A stretch of DNA of 61,021 bases, counting the filler, from Circinaria calcarea (taxonomy: Eukaryota): assembly GCA_051942165.1 (NCBI GenBank). It is 3 parts of 3 records of this genome, joined end to end, with 100 filler letters (N's around TTAATTAATTAA, not from the genome) between each part and the next. Parts side by side here need not be neighbours in the genome. Positions count along the whole stretch, not along the records: positions 20,400 to 40,663 come from JAVECS010000181.1; positions 40,764 to 61,021 come from JAVECS010000182.1; 1 more part is not named here. One strand, 5' to 3'. The notes below the pieces were generated by a model. That model made no database searches. It was given only the letters and a program-made list of their open reading frames with translations, and was not told the origin of the DNA. The position numbers were made by a program, and so were the translations under genes. Within the stretch, counting starts at the first letter, position 1. Each line of letters begins with the position of its first letter. Positions 36,901-49,986 of this stretch are shown piece by piece.

Positions 36901-39177
36901 CCGAGCTCCATATATAAACTGGTACCTCATTTCTGCCCCAGATCTTCCGCTGTAAATCGACAATTTGCAAAAGAAACGGCACGAGGGGGACTTAATATCA
37001 CTGGTGTAACCAATACGAGTTGGGATGACTCTATGGCAAGACTCTCTGTTGGACACGGTGAAGAAGCGCAAAAGGTAGTAGCCTCAGGTCGCCATTTCGC
37101 AGTTCTTACCTTCAACGGGATTATCGTCTTGTGGGATGCAATCGCTTTTGAGGAGCGTTATCGCCTAACACATCAAGAGCATGTTACGGGTTTATGCTTT
37201 AGCACTAACAATGAGATGATCGCATCTTGTGGCATATACAGTACCAAGGTTTGGAGAGTCAGTTCTGGGCGTCAACTGTACAACATCCCTAACCCAGAGG
37301 GTAGCAAGGCCTTGTGTGTGCTATTCGCCAAGGATGACACTATTTTACTTATGGGATCCGACGACCGAAATGTGCGAACGCTTTCCTTTTGCACGATACC
37401 TGCCGCATGGCAGATCCTTGACTCAAAAATCCTTCGGGAGCAGTCCACCATTGACGGTACATATCGTAATTCACCGTGCTGTATGGCCTTCAACGCCAGT
37501 GCCTCCCAGGTCGCTGTCGCCTATAGAGGGTTCCCCTTGTCCGTTTGGGCGATTGAAAACCCAAGACTGATCAGCAGATGCAGACGTACTATTTCGCACC
37601 GCCAGAGAAAGATGAGCAACGCATGGACCGGTGTTGATCGAGTCGTGTGGCATCCGAATGGCAATGAAATCCTTGGCCTGTACAACGATGGCTGCGTCTT
37701 CAAATGGCAGCCTCTACAGGACGAGAATGAAGAGCTGTACGCTAACGCATCCGAGATCGCATGCTCTCCAGAAGGTAGTATTTTCGCTACCAGCAACGTT
37801 GATGGCAATGTCAAGCTATACAATTACCATCACTTTGCCTTGGTATACCAACTAACTTGGGATAACCCCGTGGTTGATCTTACTTTCAGCCCTGATAGCG
37901 GACGCTTTTACGATCTCCGAGGCTCGGTGTGTAATGTCTGGGAGCCCAATGTTCTCATCCGCCTGTCAGATACGGATGAACGAGGGAGTGAGACAGCCAG
38001 CGAGGCAGGAAGCACCACTCTCGCATCTATGGCTTCAGAAAGCCGTGTGGAGTTATTAGAACCCATCATTGCACTTGCAGTATCTGACCGAACGATGTAC
38101 TATTGCACAGGCAACGACGAAGGCGTGGTGCATATCTACGACAGCCTCACGGGTCAGAAACAAGAACTATGGCGTTCCTCAAGCCTAATGACAGTGCATC
38201 ATTTAGCCTGGAGTACCAACGCCGATAAGCTTGCTTGTGCTGAAGCCGGTGGTAAGATCAGCGTCTGCTCTCTGACGACCTCTGCTTTAGAGACCAAGAT
38301 CGCCAAGCGGGCAGCGACGATGATCTTTAATGCCACAATACAGGTTGAAACCGGGGGCATCAGCCAAATCCTCCTAGATCCGTCGTCGCGTTATCTACTG
38401 ATCACCAGCCAAAGCAGTACCCAAACATGGTCACTCGAGGAAAGCACAGTTGCCACGTTCATCATGTCAAAGAGACCGGGTGTCCGCCAACGGTGGATCA
38501 ATCATCCCCTTCTCCAGAACAGACTCTTGGCGTGTGACTCCACTACCCTGACTGCCTATCAATGGGACAGCTTAACCGAGCTCTCGAGCGTTGATATCGA
38601 CACCACCGTAGCCAGTGCGACGGGCCAGCTTCTTCAGCCGGAAGATTTCCCGGGCCCTCCGCGACGGCCCTCCCTCGGAAACCCCCTGACTCCGTCGGAG
38701 AACACTTCTTCTTCCGTCGACAAGTTCATGCTTACCCAGGACGGGGACCACCTCCTCCTGCAGACCTCGGAAAACGGCCCGACCCGCAAACCGATCAAAC
38801 ACCTCCGCATCTTCCCCATCACCACCTCCCTCTCGTCCCTAGACGGCCCGCTCTCCACGCCCTTGCCCTTGCAGCCGCTCCGCCTCCCCCCGGAACTTCT
38901 CGTCCGGATCGAAATACCCCTGGGCATCATCCCCAAACACCGATTGGTCTTCCTCGATCGGGACTACTGGATATGCACCTGGCAGATCTCTGGTACCGCA
39001 CCTCGTGCCGCAGCCGTGGCTCCCACCCGGCACTACTTCCTCCCCAAGGATTGGATCAATGCCGAGTCGTTGACGCTGTGCACAATCATGAAGGATGGTG
39101 CGTTCTTGTACCCGAGGAACGGGGAGGTGGCGGTGATTAGATGTGACTTGGAGGAGGATGGCCTACTGCAGGGATAG
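33981..39177 (+). CDS. Fungal NLR: SesB-like alpha/beta hydrolase - NACHT - WD40
   Basis: IIFVHGLGG, ILTFGYNA, IVFVAHSMGGLIVKK|AY, FLSTPHRG, FYET, ADHHDVCK; NACHT GTCEW, GPPASGKS, IIDATDE, SGNFLWV; degenerate WD40 C-terminus. Start inferred as an ATG-only exon at 33981. Confidence 0.9.
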
Positions 39178-39529
39178 TATGTGGTGGCGTGGTTAGGCAT
39201 GAGGGAAAATAAGAATCAGGCACGTAAAGGAATGGCATTTTCTCTCATTCGCTCTGCCTATGCACGCTATACCGATATTCCCTGTCCTCGTAGAAAGGAC
39301 GGAAAGAATGAAAAAATGACATCTTGGGTCCTTGAGCGCTAGTACCCCGTTTCCATGCGACAGATACCACCATGGTCCTGATTAGCTCGCTCGCTCGCTC
39401 GCTGTCGCTATGCAGTACAATGCATTTGATACCAATGCGACCGATTCCAGTCATAAGTTCATTCAAATCCTTTCCCTCTCCGCCCTCCTTCAGAGAGACC
39501 CATTCCTTGACTAGACATACGCACACCCG

Positions 39530-40663
39530 TCACAGTCGTCTCAACCCCACTCTCGCCTTCCCTCCCTTCCCACCCGCCACACTGCCCGAACTAGCTGTGG
39601 AGGCCTTTCTCGTCCCTGGGACACCAGTCTTAACCGCGACCACAGATGGCGGCGCAGTTTTCGGCACTGCAGCAATCCGGTCAGGGCCTTTGGTAGTACC
39701 TCCCTCGGTTATGTTTTCCTTTTCCTCGCCGGAGCAGACTCTTTTCGCAGCCGGTTGCTCCTCATCCCTTTCCTCGGCGTGGAAAATGGCTAGACCGGTG
39801 GGGGTATCTTCGGTGCTCCGCTTGGCGAAGTTGAAGCTTCTGCTTCTTTCGACTAGCTTTGGGGACTGGTACAGAGGATCAGTCGTTATTGGCGGAGTTG
39901 TCGAATAAGAAAGATTGGGAGTGTTGTTTGCGATGTTTTGCTCCGAGGAGTTTAAGCTCTTGCATTGTTCTTCTTCAGCCTCGGAATCGGATTCAACTGG
40001 GGTAGGGAGATCGGAGAGTGGACGCTTGCCAAGGACTGGACGACGAGGACTAGGTACTGGGTTGGAGACAGGGGTTGGAGAAAGAGTAGGATCATTTTCT
40101 TTGGAGGCTACGGCTTCGGTTTCGGAGTCGGACAAGTCAGGGGCATCGGTTACTCTGGTTGGCTTCGTCGTCTTGCTTGGTCTCATAGATTTTAGGCCGT
40201 GTGATCTTTGTTTGAGTGCCTCGGGACCGGATAAGGCATCCTTTGCGTTTGACTTGGTAGCTTTGTCCTCCCCTCTACATTTCGCTTCCATGACTGCTTC
40301 TTTCAAGATGGAGGGTATATTAGCGTGTATGGAGGTCATGAGCTTTGCTTGACGGGCAAAGGATTCATAGTCTTCCTGTAAGAGCTTGCCGGCGGTAGCA
40401 TTGAGTGCGGAGTCTGGATTGGGTTGGATGAGAAGGCATGAAATTGTCTGGAAGTAAGATCGCGGTCAGCTCAAAGTACATTTCACCCAGCCACGAGCAC
40501 ACTGACAACGAGCACGTCCCGTAACGTAAGGTTTTGTTCCCAATCTCTCTTCAAGGTATCAACGCAAACACTTCCGGTCGACTCCTCCACGTTCGGATGC
40601 CAGATCTTTGTCCGAAAGGATGCTTTCGGTGGACTTTTGGGGTAGTCGTGGGGGATCTTAAGA
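39530..40663 (-). CDS. Ubiquitin-conjugating enzyme E2, UBE2S-like, 5' end cut by contig end
   Basis: DYPKSPPK..TKIWHPNVEESTGSVCVDTLKRDW, LLIQPNPDSALNATAGKLLQEDY; long disordered tail ending LRRL. Confidence 0.9.
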
Positions 40664-40763
40664 NNNNNNNNNNNNNNNNNNNNNNNNNNNNNNNNNNNNN
40701 NNNNNNNTTAATTAATTAANNNNNNNNNNNNNNNNNNNNNNNNNNNNNNNNNNNNNNNNNNNN
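40664..40763. other. Artificial contig spacer with stops in all six frames
   Basis: 44 N + TTAATTAATTAA + 44 N. Confidence 0.98.
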
Positions 40764-43700
40764 GAGCAGTTCTTTCCATGATTCAACTGCATGCTATACT
40801 CATCCAATTCTGCAGGCGCCCCCTTAATAAGGAGTAGTGAAAGCGCGCGGTGATATTAGTGGATTCGCCATTTCGGCCACTCTTGCGCACAAGACAGTGG
40901 TCATCCCCACCGTTCTGAGTGTCATCGTTATTATCTTTGGTCAAGGGGGTTCTCTTGAAATCTTTGAGAGCCTTCATAACAGCTTTAATACGAAAATTGG
41001 TAAAATCAACTCTCGGTCCGTCTCGTCAACGAGTCAAGCTGAATGCCTACAGAACGTTGTTAGTATTCTGCCAAAAATGGTGTAACTGAATGCTTACTTG
41101 TGATTGTTTTCTGCCGAAGCAGCAAGACGTCCTGTTTGTTGGCATGTAGATGGGTATGCATTAAGATTTTCGCATTGTGAACTCTAATGAGATAAGAATC
41201 TAATTCGCGCTGTATAGCAAACGTCCTGCAGCATTTTCTGCCATCTATCTCCTCCTGCAGACGAAATCCTTGGAGCCATGAAAGGCTTTTATTTACTTGG
41301 TCAGTCACAATTACGAGTAACAACTCAGAATGATGTCGAAATATTAGCGAATAAGCTTGTCGCACAAACTGACTGCGTCACAGCTCAAGTTCGTCTCTCA
41401 ATTTTATAACTCGAAAAACTTATCTGCAAGACTTATCATATACCAGGATTTCATGCATCCTAAATAATAAAGTCGAAAACAAGCTCATGTCCTTTATACC
41501 GTCAAATAAGTTAGCTTTAGCTGTTGAAATGAAGGCTTCGGGGGATTAAATTCTGGAATTATTAGTCTCGTTTTTCTTGAGCCATCTCCTTTCAATCTTG
41601 CGATGGCCATCGAGGATACAGACCGCGTTTTATATGATGCTCAGCGGTAGCGGCATCATGTTAAGGTATCGAGGAACTATCGGACGGTCAGGATCAAGCT
41701 TCCCATCTCAGCTTTATTGTTACCGTCGCCGTTAAAAGTGAGGTGGAAAAGTCATGAGCCACTTCCCAATTTCTCGATGTGGCTTACAGCCGGGTAAAAT
41801 TGGGAAGTGGCTCATGACTATTGCACCTTACTCTGACTATTATCGTTCTGTCTGTGTTAGGATCGCGGCGTAAGAGAGGGACGAGGTGTCCGAGTGTCAC
41901 GAATATAACGTTCGTCAGGATCCTGCTCCATATTATGAAAATAAATCTTATTATCCTGTAGGATCTGGCTCTGCTCAGCAGTGGCTGCATTTTCCCGATA
42001 TATACCTGCTGGCGAGAGCATATAATACACCGCAAAGTATTTTTACTACTACCCAATAAATCACTGCTCCGAATATTTGTGCAGTTCCCCTTTCCTGAAT
42101 ATTGGTACAAGATATCCAGTCCAGGGCGCATCTGAGGCCTCTTTGACCCTTTCTTCGCTTGAGGGTTTTGACTCTGCTCAACGTGTCTCTGCCTCTATTG
42201 TGAAGTACTATCCTATCTGGATCTTGAATAGATATGATGAGAACTCGCGGAATGCTTGCAGCCAGCGACTTCAAAGGGAATAATTCAATAGACCCTCTTA
42301 TTATAGAGGAGACATGAGCCCACCTTATGCACTAGCAGCGCACATGGCAAACCACCATTTTGATAGAGCTTATATCAGATGCACCTATCCCGCAGGAATT
42401 CTGCCGGTTCGCGTGTCGGTGTTGATGCGTTGCAGCTAGTTGAAGATACGGCAGTAATAATATTTGAAGGATGCTTAAGGCCAGTACCCGCAGGCGAAGA
42501 TGGTGCCGATGTAGGTGCACATTCTGGGGGCGGGTTATCTTTCCCTGGTATGTATAGACCCAGTGTTCTGTCCACGGGCAATTTCCTTCTTCCTCTTTTG
42601 TAATTGCAAACAGCTAATGTAGCTCGGAACTATATCTCGATCTCTTCTCCTGGCTGATCCGGAAATGCTTAAACGCTCATGTTCTCAGCAACAGCATTTC
42701 CGGCAGGACAGCGTACCGAAAACTTAATCTAGCTAATTCTCCAGTTCACTGTGTTCCAGGTCAAGGGCCGTACACTTCTCGTCTTCTTCATCAAAGCTCC
42801 TATCATTTGATTCAGTCAGTTCCTTTACGTCATGCAAGATCAACCTAAGAGGCCGGAATCCGCAGTAACCACTGGGAAATGCCTGCAAGAGTTTAAATTT
42901 ACCTACCTGCATTGACTGAGTTCCATCTTGTAGCTCTCCTCGCTCTCTCGAGGATTTAGGATAGTGCGTATACCGGCCCTGTAAGTTCCACTTCTATAAA
43001 CTGTTGTGCCTACCCTGATATATGATAATGTACTCCATGCTCGGTGGAAAGTTATTTTTAGGTCTTTCGGAGAAGCCAAGGATAACACACTCTGATTGGT
43101 GCAAAGCCTATTAAGCGATATGATGTAGTGTCAATCATATCGAGAATTCTAGATAGTAATTAGACTTCGTGCTGATAGTATATAATAAAGCGTCTGCCTT
43201 ATCAAATGCGCAGCCCAATATTCATATCAGCAATAGCGGAAACTAGATATGGAAGCAACTTATTTTCTTCATTTGGGATATCTCGATCATTGCGAGTACC
43301 ATCCTTTTCAATCCGACGATATGAAGGTTGATTGCGACTCGGTCTATCAATTACCCTTTCTGGGGTGGTTACATTGTGATCAGATGAAATCAGGACGAAG
43401 TCGTTGACTGAGGCCGCCGTGCGTTCCAGTAGTTTCGACTTAGCGAGATGATTGACTGTCTGTTATACTACCGGAGTTACTAGGTCGACTGAATCCATCC
43501 TTCCGAAGCTGAGCCCATCTATATACTTTTTTGGATAAGCATAACGCAGCACAGAGGTAACAAGGTGAGTATGGGCAAGCAAAATGTTGTAATCATAGGT
43601 GGGTCGATAACTATTAGCTGTGGACAATCCCCTCTTAGTGCTGCATTATCGGTCGATCCTTAAGGAGATAAACGGTTTATATAGCAAGAAAGGAATGTAC

Positions 43701-44152
43701 CACTTTTTATCCATAACACTATACATCATATATAATGCAAAGGAATCTAGCGTCGCAAATATAGTGGCGCAGCGTCTCAGTATATACAAATATGATAGTG
43801 TGAAACGCGAGCCAAGAGTAAGCTAGAATGCAAGAAGACGAGAGATAATCTCTCCAGATAAACTGAAATATGGAAACTAGGCTAGCTTAAATAGTGCATG
43901 ATCCGAGCGGTAACATATTGAGTCGTGAATAAGGAGCCTTATGGTTCAGGGGATGGAAAGGACATTCAGTACAGTCTACCAAAACACGTTAGGAAAGAGG
44001 GAAGTCATACCGGGTAGGCAAGTTAGGATAGCAAGACAAGACGTTGTCTGGATCAACCGAGGATGGTGGTTCCCTTCTATTGAACCTATTCGTAGAAAGT
44101 TATGAGACGTTCTTGGGTATCTTTATCATACTTCAACACTCCAGCTGATGAG

Positions 44153-46179
44153 CTATGGTGTATCAAGCCCTGCAACCTGTCGGGCCAAGTCCATCTCTTT
44201 AGGCCCCAACCCTAAGTCCGCGGCATAACCACCAAACGCTGCAATCAGCTCCTTCAGACCATCCTTCAACCGATCGACAACTTGTTGGACCTCTTCTACC
44301 TTTCGTCCTTGCTCATTCTTCACGTCAAACTCAACGTCAGTCCAATGGATGGGTATGCTTTTCGTGAAAGATTCAATGTTGTTGATGGTACTGACAAACG
44401 TGCGGATCAGACGGGGGATATCCTTGTTGACTGTGCCATACGGGTCTTCGTTTAAGCTTCCCTTACCCAACTCTCTTAGTGAGTCAATTGAATTGAGAAC
44501 TATGTTGAGGCTGCTGTAAGGAGTGCCTAGTATTACTGCACAAAGCCGACGTCTGTGAATCTGCCGAAAAGGCCTGCCATATCGCGACCGCAGAAATTTC
44601 ATAAGATACTTAGTAAATGTCGACTTGAGGCTGGCCTGGCTAATCGCCTCTCGCTGTTCTGGGTACAAGAGTTTCTCTTGGGCGATTTTCAGGCTCTGCA
44701 TTGCGTACGGACCAAGGGCCTTCAAGGGCGTTCCTTGATTCGGGCCTTGACCATAGGATTTAGTAACGGAGCCGATTGTCGATTCAATCTGTTCGCGACG
44801 CTTCACTGGCGGGCGTGGATTGGTAAGTATATTGTCTTGTTTGACAGGGGCGGAAAGGCGAGGAAGTTTCTGTACATTATCCTGAGATTGCCCTTGCTGC
44901 GATGTCGTAACAGAAGATGGGCTATCTTGGAAAATCTTGATGCGGGCGTTGATCTCTTGAATGGTACCCGAGCAGCTCGTCATAGTTTGCGTCCACGTTG
45001 TTCCACCTGCCCGCTCAATTTCTGAATAGATCGACTTTCGCCTAGCTTCAAAAAGCCGAGTTATGAGAGCGAGTTCCCAGGAGGCGAAGGCCTGCATGTC
45101 CATCAGCGAACAGGAGTGAAACTGTCCAATGTTACATACCTTGGTTACGTCTTTCTTCGATTTAAGTCCAATTAACAGACTTCCATTAGGATCCCGGGAA
45201 TCCTGCGTCAGCGGAACTCCCATCTTCAAAGGTGGCTGTGGAAGATAGATGGCCAACACAGCATTTGATAGTTCCCAGAGGCTTAGAAGCATAAATCCGG
45301 AAGTGAAGGACCTCGCGAACAATGTAATGTGGAAAGGTTTCGAGAGTGATGGCTCCGAAGCCTTCGAGACACTCCAGAATAGTTTGGCAAAGTACAAAGT
45401 CCAGATCCAAGCATTTTTCTGAATCAGCAACACGTAGACTATAGGACCAACGACACTCATAATGAGTGCGTGCTTCAATGCACGGCGGAGTAGGAAAGGT
45501 ACAAGAACTTTCGGATGAGTGAGCCATTGATCATGCCCTCTGGGAAAGACCATCTTGTCATAGTCGTCATACAAGTGTCGAAATGACTGCAAGACAGCAA
45601 GCAAAAAGTAGATACTCCTTAGATAGATTGGGCGATCATTTAGCTGAGGCCGCTCATACGGTCTGTTAAACAATCAGTTACTTGAAGTTCTGTATTCATC
45701 AATACATACGCACTTTCCTTCTGCAATCCAGTGCAGATTTGCGCTTTTGGGGGCAGACCATACGTAAACCTCGCTGAACCACCATGCCGAAACTAAATAA
45801 AACCCTAAGGTCTGAAGCGTGTTGAAGCAAGCCCAGTATTGCCTAAAGGTTTCGAAAGGTGATGCTGTCAATCGATCCCCAAAGTGTAACTGAGCCACCC
45901 GCAAGACAAAGATCAAGAGACACGAAATAAAAAGTAGGCCAGCACGTATCCCCGCCGGTCCTAACGGGAACCATGACCATAGGACTTTGAGGTACTTGAA
46001 TTAGCTTTGTGAAAGTTGGAAAATTTGAATGGACCTTTACATGAAGATTTATCCCCAACGATCACCGCCTCAATGTAGCAAACTATTAGTATCACACCCG
46101 CAGCTCTTGTAAATCTTCTGTGGAGAGCAGGAGTTAGGAGCTCCCTGTAAGAGCGCGTCCGGACTTGCGCTGCTGCCAT
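44153..46179 (-). CDS. NDC1: Nucleoporin NDC1, 4 exons
   Basis: YRELLTPALHRRF, several TM segments, YERPQLNDRPIYL, PLTQDSRDPNGSLLIGLKSKK, SLNEDPYGTVNKD. Confidence 0.9.
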
Positions 46180-46588
46180 GATCCTTGGTTTTAAGCAGCC
46201 ATGTCTGAACACAATGTAAAGGAATCTACTTCTTAACCAGCCTACTGCACTGCGGAGTTGTACTAGATGAGATATTAGCTGTTTAGGTGAATAAAAACAT
46301 CCGTAGCAGACGTGAATCGAGACGCCAAGTCAACAAAGTGGTCAGGGGTTTAGGGATTAAAGATCGGCCTTTTACCGAGGCCCTAGTGGCATTGCGCGGT
46401 GCGGCAGGCGGAGTATCATCGTGCAACCAACCAACCAACCATTCATAGCTATAACCCCAAGAGCGTACTCCGTACTCGTCATTGACATCGAGAACACATC
46501 AGTGGAATTACTGCCTCAAACTTGGACTCCCCAAACTGGCTCCATTATCCGTATCAAGCTTTGCATAACAATTCGGAAACACCACATC

Positions 46589-47476
46589 ATGTCGTTCGAC
46601 AGACTCTCGGTGACGGAGGCTCAGCCAACGACAATGCGCCGGAGTGAAGATCCAGAATACAGAGATGATCCTGAATTCAGTCGCTTCGCTGAAGATATAT
46701 CAGTGAAGCTGTTCTCCCTGACTTCGAACATATCCCGCCTTTCACAGCAGATTAGTCTACTTGGGACTAAACGGGAGACGGACAGGGTGAGAGAGCGGGT
46801 ACAAGATCTACTGGAAGAGGCCAGGGCTGGTTTCAAGGAGGTCGGTGAGGGCATTAAAAGGTTGACGGCGTGGGAAGACCTCAACGTAAGGGAATAATTA
46901 CCATTGGATACTGTCGAGAAGCTGCTAAATCTGTGTGATTGGCAGCCGTCACAAAGATATACCCAACAAAAGCTTTCCCGGGAGTTCCGTGCCTCGGGTA
47001 GCGAGTTTCAAACGATACAACGCCTTGCTCTGGAAAAGCAGCGGGCGTCCGCCTCCGCGACTCGGAGCGCGTTAGATGCTACAGATACTTCCAACCTCCC
47101 TCGATACTCGGACGATCCCCAACAGCAGTCGCAAGTGCAGGAACAAGATCAGCTGCGCTTGGCTTCGCAGGACGAAGTTGATTTCCAGGAATCGTTGATC
47201 ATTGAGCGCGAGTCCGAGATTCGAAACATTGAGCAAAGTGTAGGGGAACTGAACGAGCTCTTCAGGGACGTGGCGCATATTGTCCATGAGCAGGGCGGTC
47301 AACTTGATACAATAGAGGTGAATGTGCAGAATACTGCTACGGATACGAGACAAGCGGACTTAGAGCTCAGGTCAGCCAACCGCTATCAGAAGAATGCGAG
47401 GGGCAAGGCTTGCTGCTTACTAATGATACTGACCGTGGTTGTGGTCATCATCGTACTCGTCGTTGTTCTCGGATGA
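46589..47476 (+). CDS. PEP12: Endosomal/vacuolar syntaxin (Qa-SNARE), 2 exons
   Basis: MSFDRLS..YRDDPEF, LLGTKRETDRVRERV, SNARE motif ERESEIRNIEQSVGELNELFRDVAHIVHEQG, C-terminal TM anchor. Confidence 0.9.
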
Positions 47477-47665
47477 ATGTTTTTTGGGAGACACGACAAC
47501 ATAGCATGGGTGGCATTTTGGCATGGTAGAAAGGACCAAGTGGTTATGTATTATATGCAAGCAGCGGATACAGTCAATATTAAATATATGTCTTTCTGCA
47601 CCCGGACAACCTTCTGTCTTTCACATGCATCCTCTTTTCCATTTGACCCTCTCCACTCTCTCGTG

Positions 47666-48463
47666 TCACAATCCCACCAACCTGCCGGCCCTCATCTTCC
47701 ACCCCTCCCAGCTATTCAGTTTAGGCCGGACATCCAAGTAGAAATTCAACCCTTTCCCCTTTCCTTCATCCCTGCCCGCATAAAAGTCAATCACGTACTC
47801 CACCCGCGCCTGGCCTGGACATCTCTCCACCACCCAATCATGTCTATCAAACGGCTCCTGATACCCCAACAGCCCATTTATCCTCGCCTTCGGACTTAAC
47901 TTTTTACTGTCTCCCGAAAAACTATGCAACCTCGGCCCGCCACACCTCTGGTTCTCTGCTTTCGACCAGGCAAAACGCCGTTCCCACCCCTTGATCTCCG
48001 CCCACGCTTTCTCGTTGACCGCATTATGGATAGGCACTATGGCGGTCATGTCCGTGGCGTTAGGGTTGTAGTTTTTCCGTCTCATGGCCTCGAAGAACAT
48101 TTTCTCCGACGGGTAGATCCAGTTCCCCGACTTCAGATCTGAGCCCGTCTCTTGCTCATTGTTGGAGATTTTTGGGGAACGGGGGTCGGGCGTTGTGGTA
48201 GGGAGAGAGGGGTCGGCGCGAGGGATGGAACTGATCTCGCGGTCGGAGGCTAGTGGGCGCGTCTTGAGGATGCGGGGCTGTTGCGGTATGGGAATTGGGG
48301 TTTGAGAGGGTCTGGATAGTTGGGAAGGCGGCGAAGTGTTGCTAGGCGCATCTGGTGGGGAGGAGGATGAAGCTTGCCCAGCTTTTTCAAGCCAGACCGC
48401 ACGGGCGGCTGGGTCTATTGGGCAGGCTGAAGATTGGGACTCCTCTGCAGTATTTGGCATCAT
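47666..48463 (-). CDS. CYT2: Holocytochrome c-type synthase (cytochrome c1 heme lyase)
   Basis: CPID, REISSIPR, NWIYPSEKMFFEAMRRK, IHNAVNEKAW, PFDRHDWVVERC, YVIDFY, YLDVRPKLNSWEG. Confidence 0.88.
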   Translation of the reverse strand: MMPNTAEESQSSACPIDPAARAVWLEKAGQASSSSPPDAPSNTSPPSQLSRPSQTPIPIPQQPRILKTRPLASDREISSIPRADPSLPTTTPDPRSPKISNNEQETGSDLKSGNWIYPSEKMFFEAMRRKNYNPNATDMTAIVPIHNAVNEKAWAEIKGWERRFAWSKAENQRCGGPRLHSFSGDSKKLSPKARINGLLGYQEPFDRHDWVVERCPGQARVEYVIDFYAGRDEGKGKGLNFYLDVRPKLNSWEGWKMRAGRLVGL

Positions 48464-48673
48464 ATGGTAGGTAGGGTTTTAAGCTGTGATCTATATACAA
48501 AGAAGGAATCGAGAAATGAAAGCCAATGATGATGCTTGTCGAAAAAGATGCATGGATCATCGGGAGTCCCTGCAGCGGGAGATCTTCTAGGGGCCGTTTG
48601 GCTTGTGCTTTTCAGATTGCTACTCCAGAATCCAAAAGTAAGCACACAGACTGTCTGAATATCCATTGAAGCA

Positions 48674-49913
48674 ATGGCGGAACAGAAAATCTATCGTGCC
48701 AGCACAACCGCGCCCGTCAATATAGCAGTAATTAAGTACGCCCGCCCGACATGCTCTCTGTCAACCTACTGACCACCCCTGCAACAGGTACTGGGGAAAA
48801 CGCGACCCGAGTCTTAACCTGCCCACCAACTCCTCCCTCTCCGTCACACTCTCCCAATCCGATCTCCGCACCCATACCACAGCCTCCTGCTCCGTATCCT
48901 TCTCTCCACCAGATACCCTCATCCTTAACTCCGCTCCTCAAGAGATCTCCTCCGCCCGCCCTCAAGCTTGCTTACATGCCCTACGGGCTCTCCGTGCCGC
49001 TCTCGAAGATGGGGACCCTTCACTACCCTGCCTCTCAGTATTACCTCTCCGTCTCGTATCGGTCAATAACTTTCCTACAGCTGCTGGACTCGCCTCTTCG
49101 GCAGCCGGCTTTGCTGCTCTAGTACGTGCCATTGCCGATCTCTACTCCTTACCGCAATCGCCTACCGAGCTCTCTCTGATAGCACGACAAGGATCTGGCT
49201 CTGCATGTAGAAGCTTACTAGGTGGATATGTAGCATGGGACAAAGGCGAGCGGGACGATGGCATGGACAGCGTTGCCCGTGTGGTAGCCCCTCGAAGCCA
49301 TTGGCCCGAGATGAACGCCCTGATCCTCGTTGTCAGCGCAGATAAGAAAGGCATCAGTAGTACAACAGGCATGCAAGCGACAGTGAAAACATCACAACTA
49401 TTTCAATGGCGGACGCGAGAAGTCGTTCCGAGGGAAATGAAAGAAATGGAGAAAGCTATCCAAGAACAAGATTTTGAAGCTTTCGGAAGGATCACAATGA
49501 GGGAGAGTAACTCGTTTCACGCTACCTGCCTGGATACGGAACCCCCGATCTTCTACCTGAACGATGTGAGCCGGGCGGCGATCAGAGCCGTGGAAGAGAT
49601 CAATGCAAAAGCGGGCAAGATCATTGCCGCGTATACGTTTGACGCCGGACCAAATGCTGTGATATACCACCTGGAACAAGACAGCCACGCGGTTGCGGGC
49701 CTGTTTAAGGCTTTGCTGGGCGCAAAAGGCGGCTGGGATGGAGAACGAGGTGCTAGCATTCGCGCAATCGAGGCCGCCTTGTCCTTGGACGACAAAGTAG
49801 CAGCGGTCTTGAAAGAAGGAGTCAGTAGGGTGATTCTAACTAGCATCGGGGAGGGACCCATTAGCGTAGAAGACCACTTGGTTGACGAACAGGGGGAACC
49901 AGTCAAATCATAA
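48674..49913 (+). CDS. MVD1: Diphosphomevalonate decarboxylase, 2 exons
   Basis: TAPVNIAVIK|YWGKRD..LPTNSSLSVTL, NNFPTAAGLASSAAG, ARQGSGSACRS, AYTFDAGPNAV. Confidence 0.97.
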
Positions 49914-49986
49914 GCATAAAAGCACTTGCTACTCTCAACAGTCTTTGCATCTATACCCTCAAAGGCTTGCAATACTATTCTTATCT

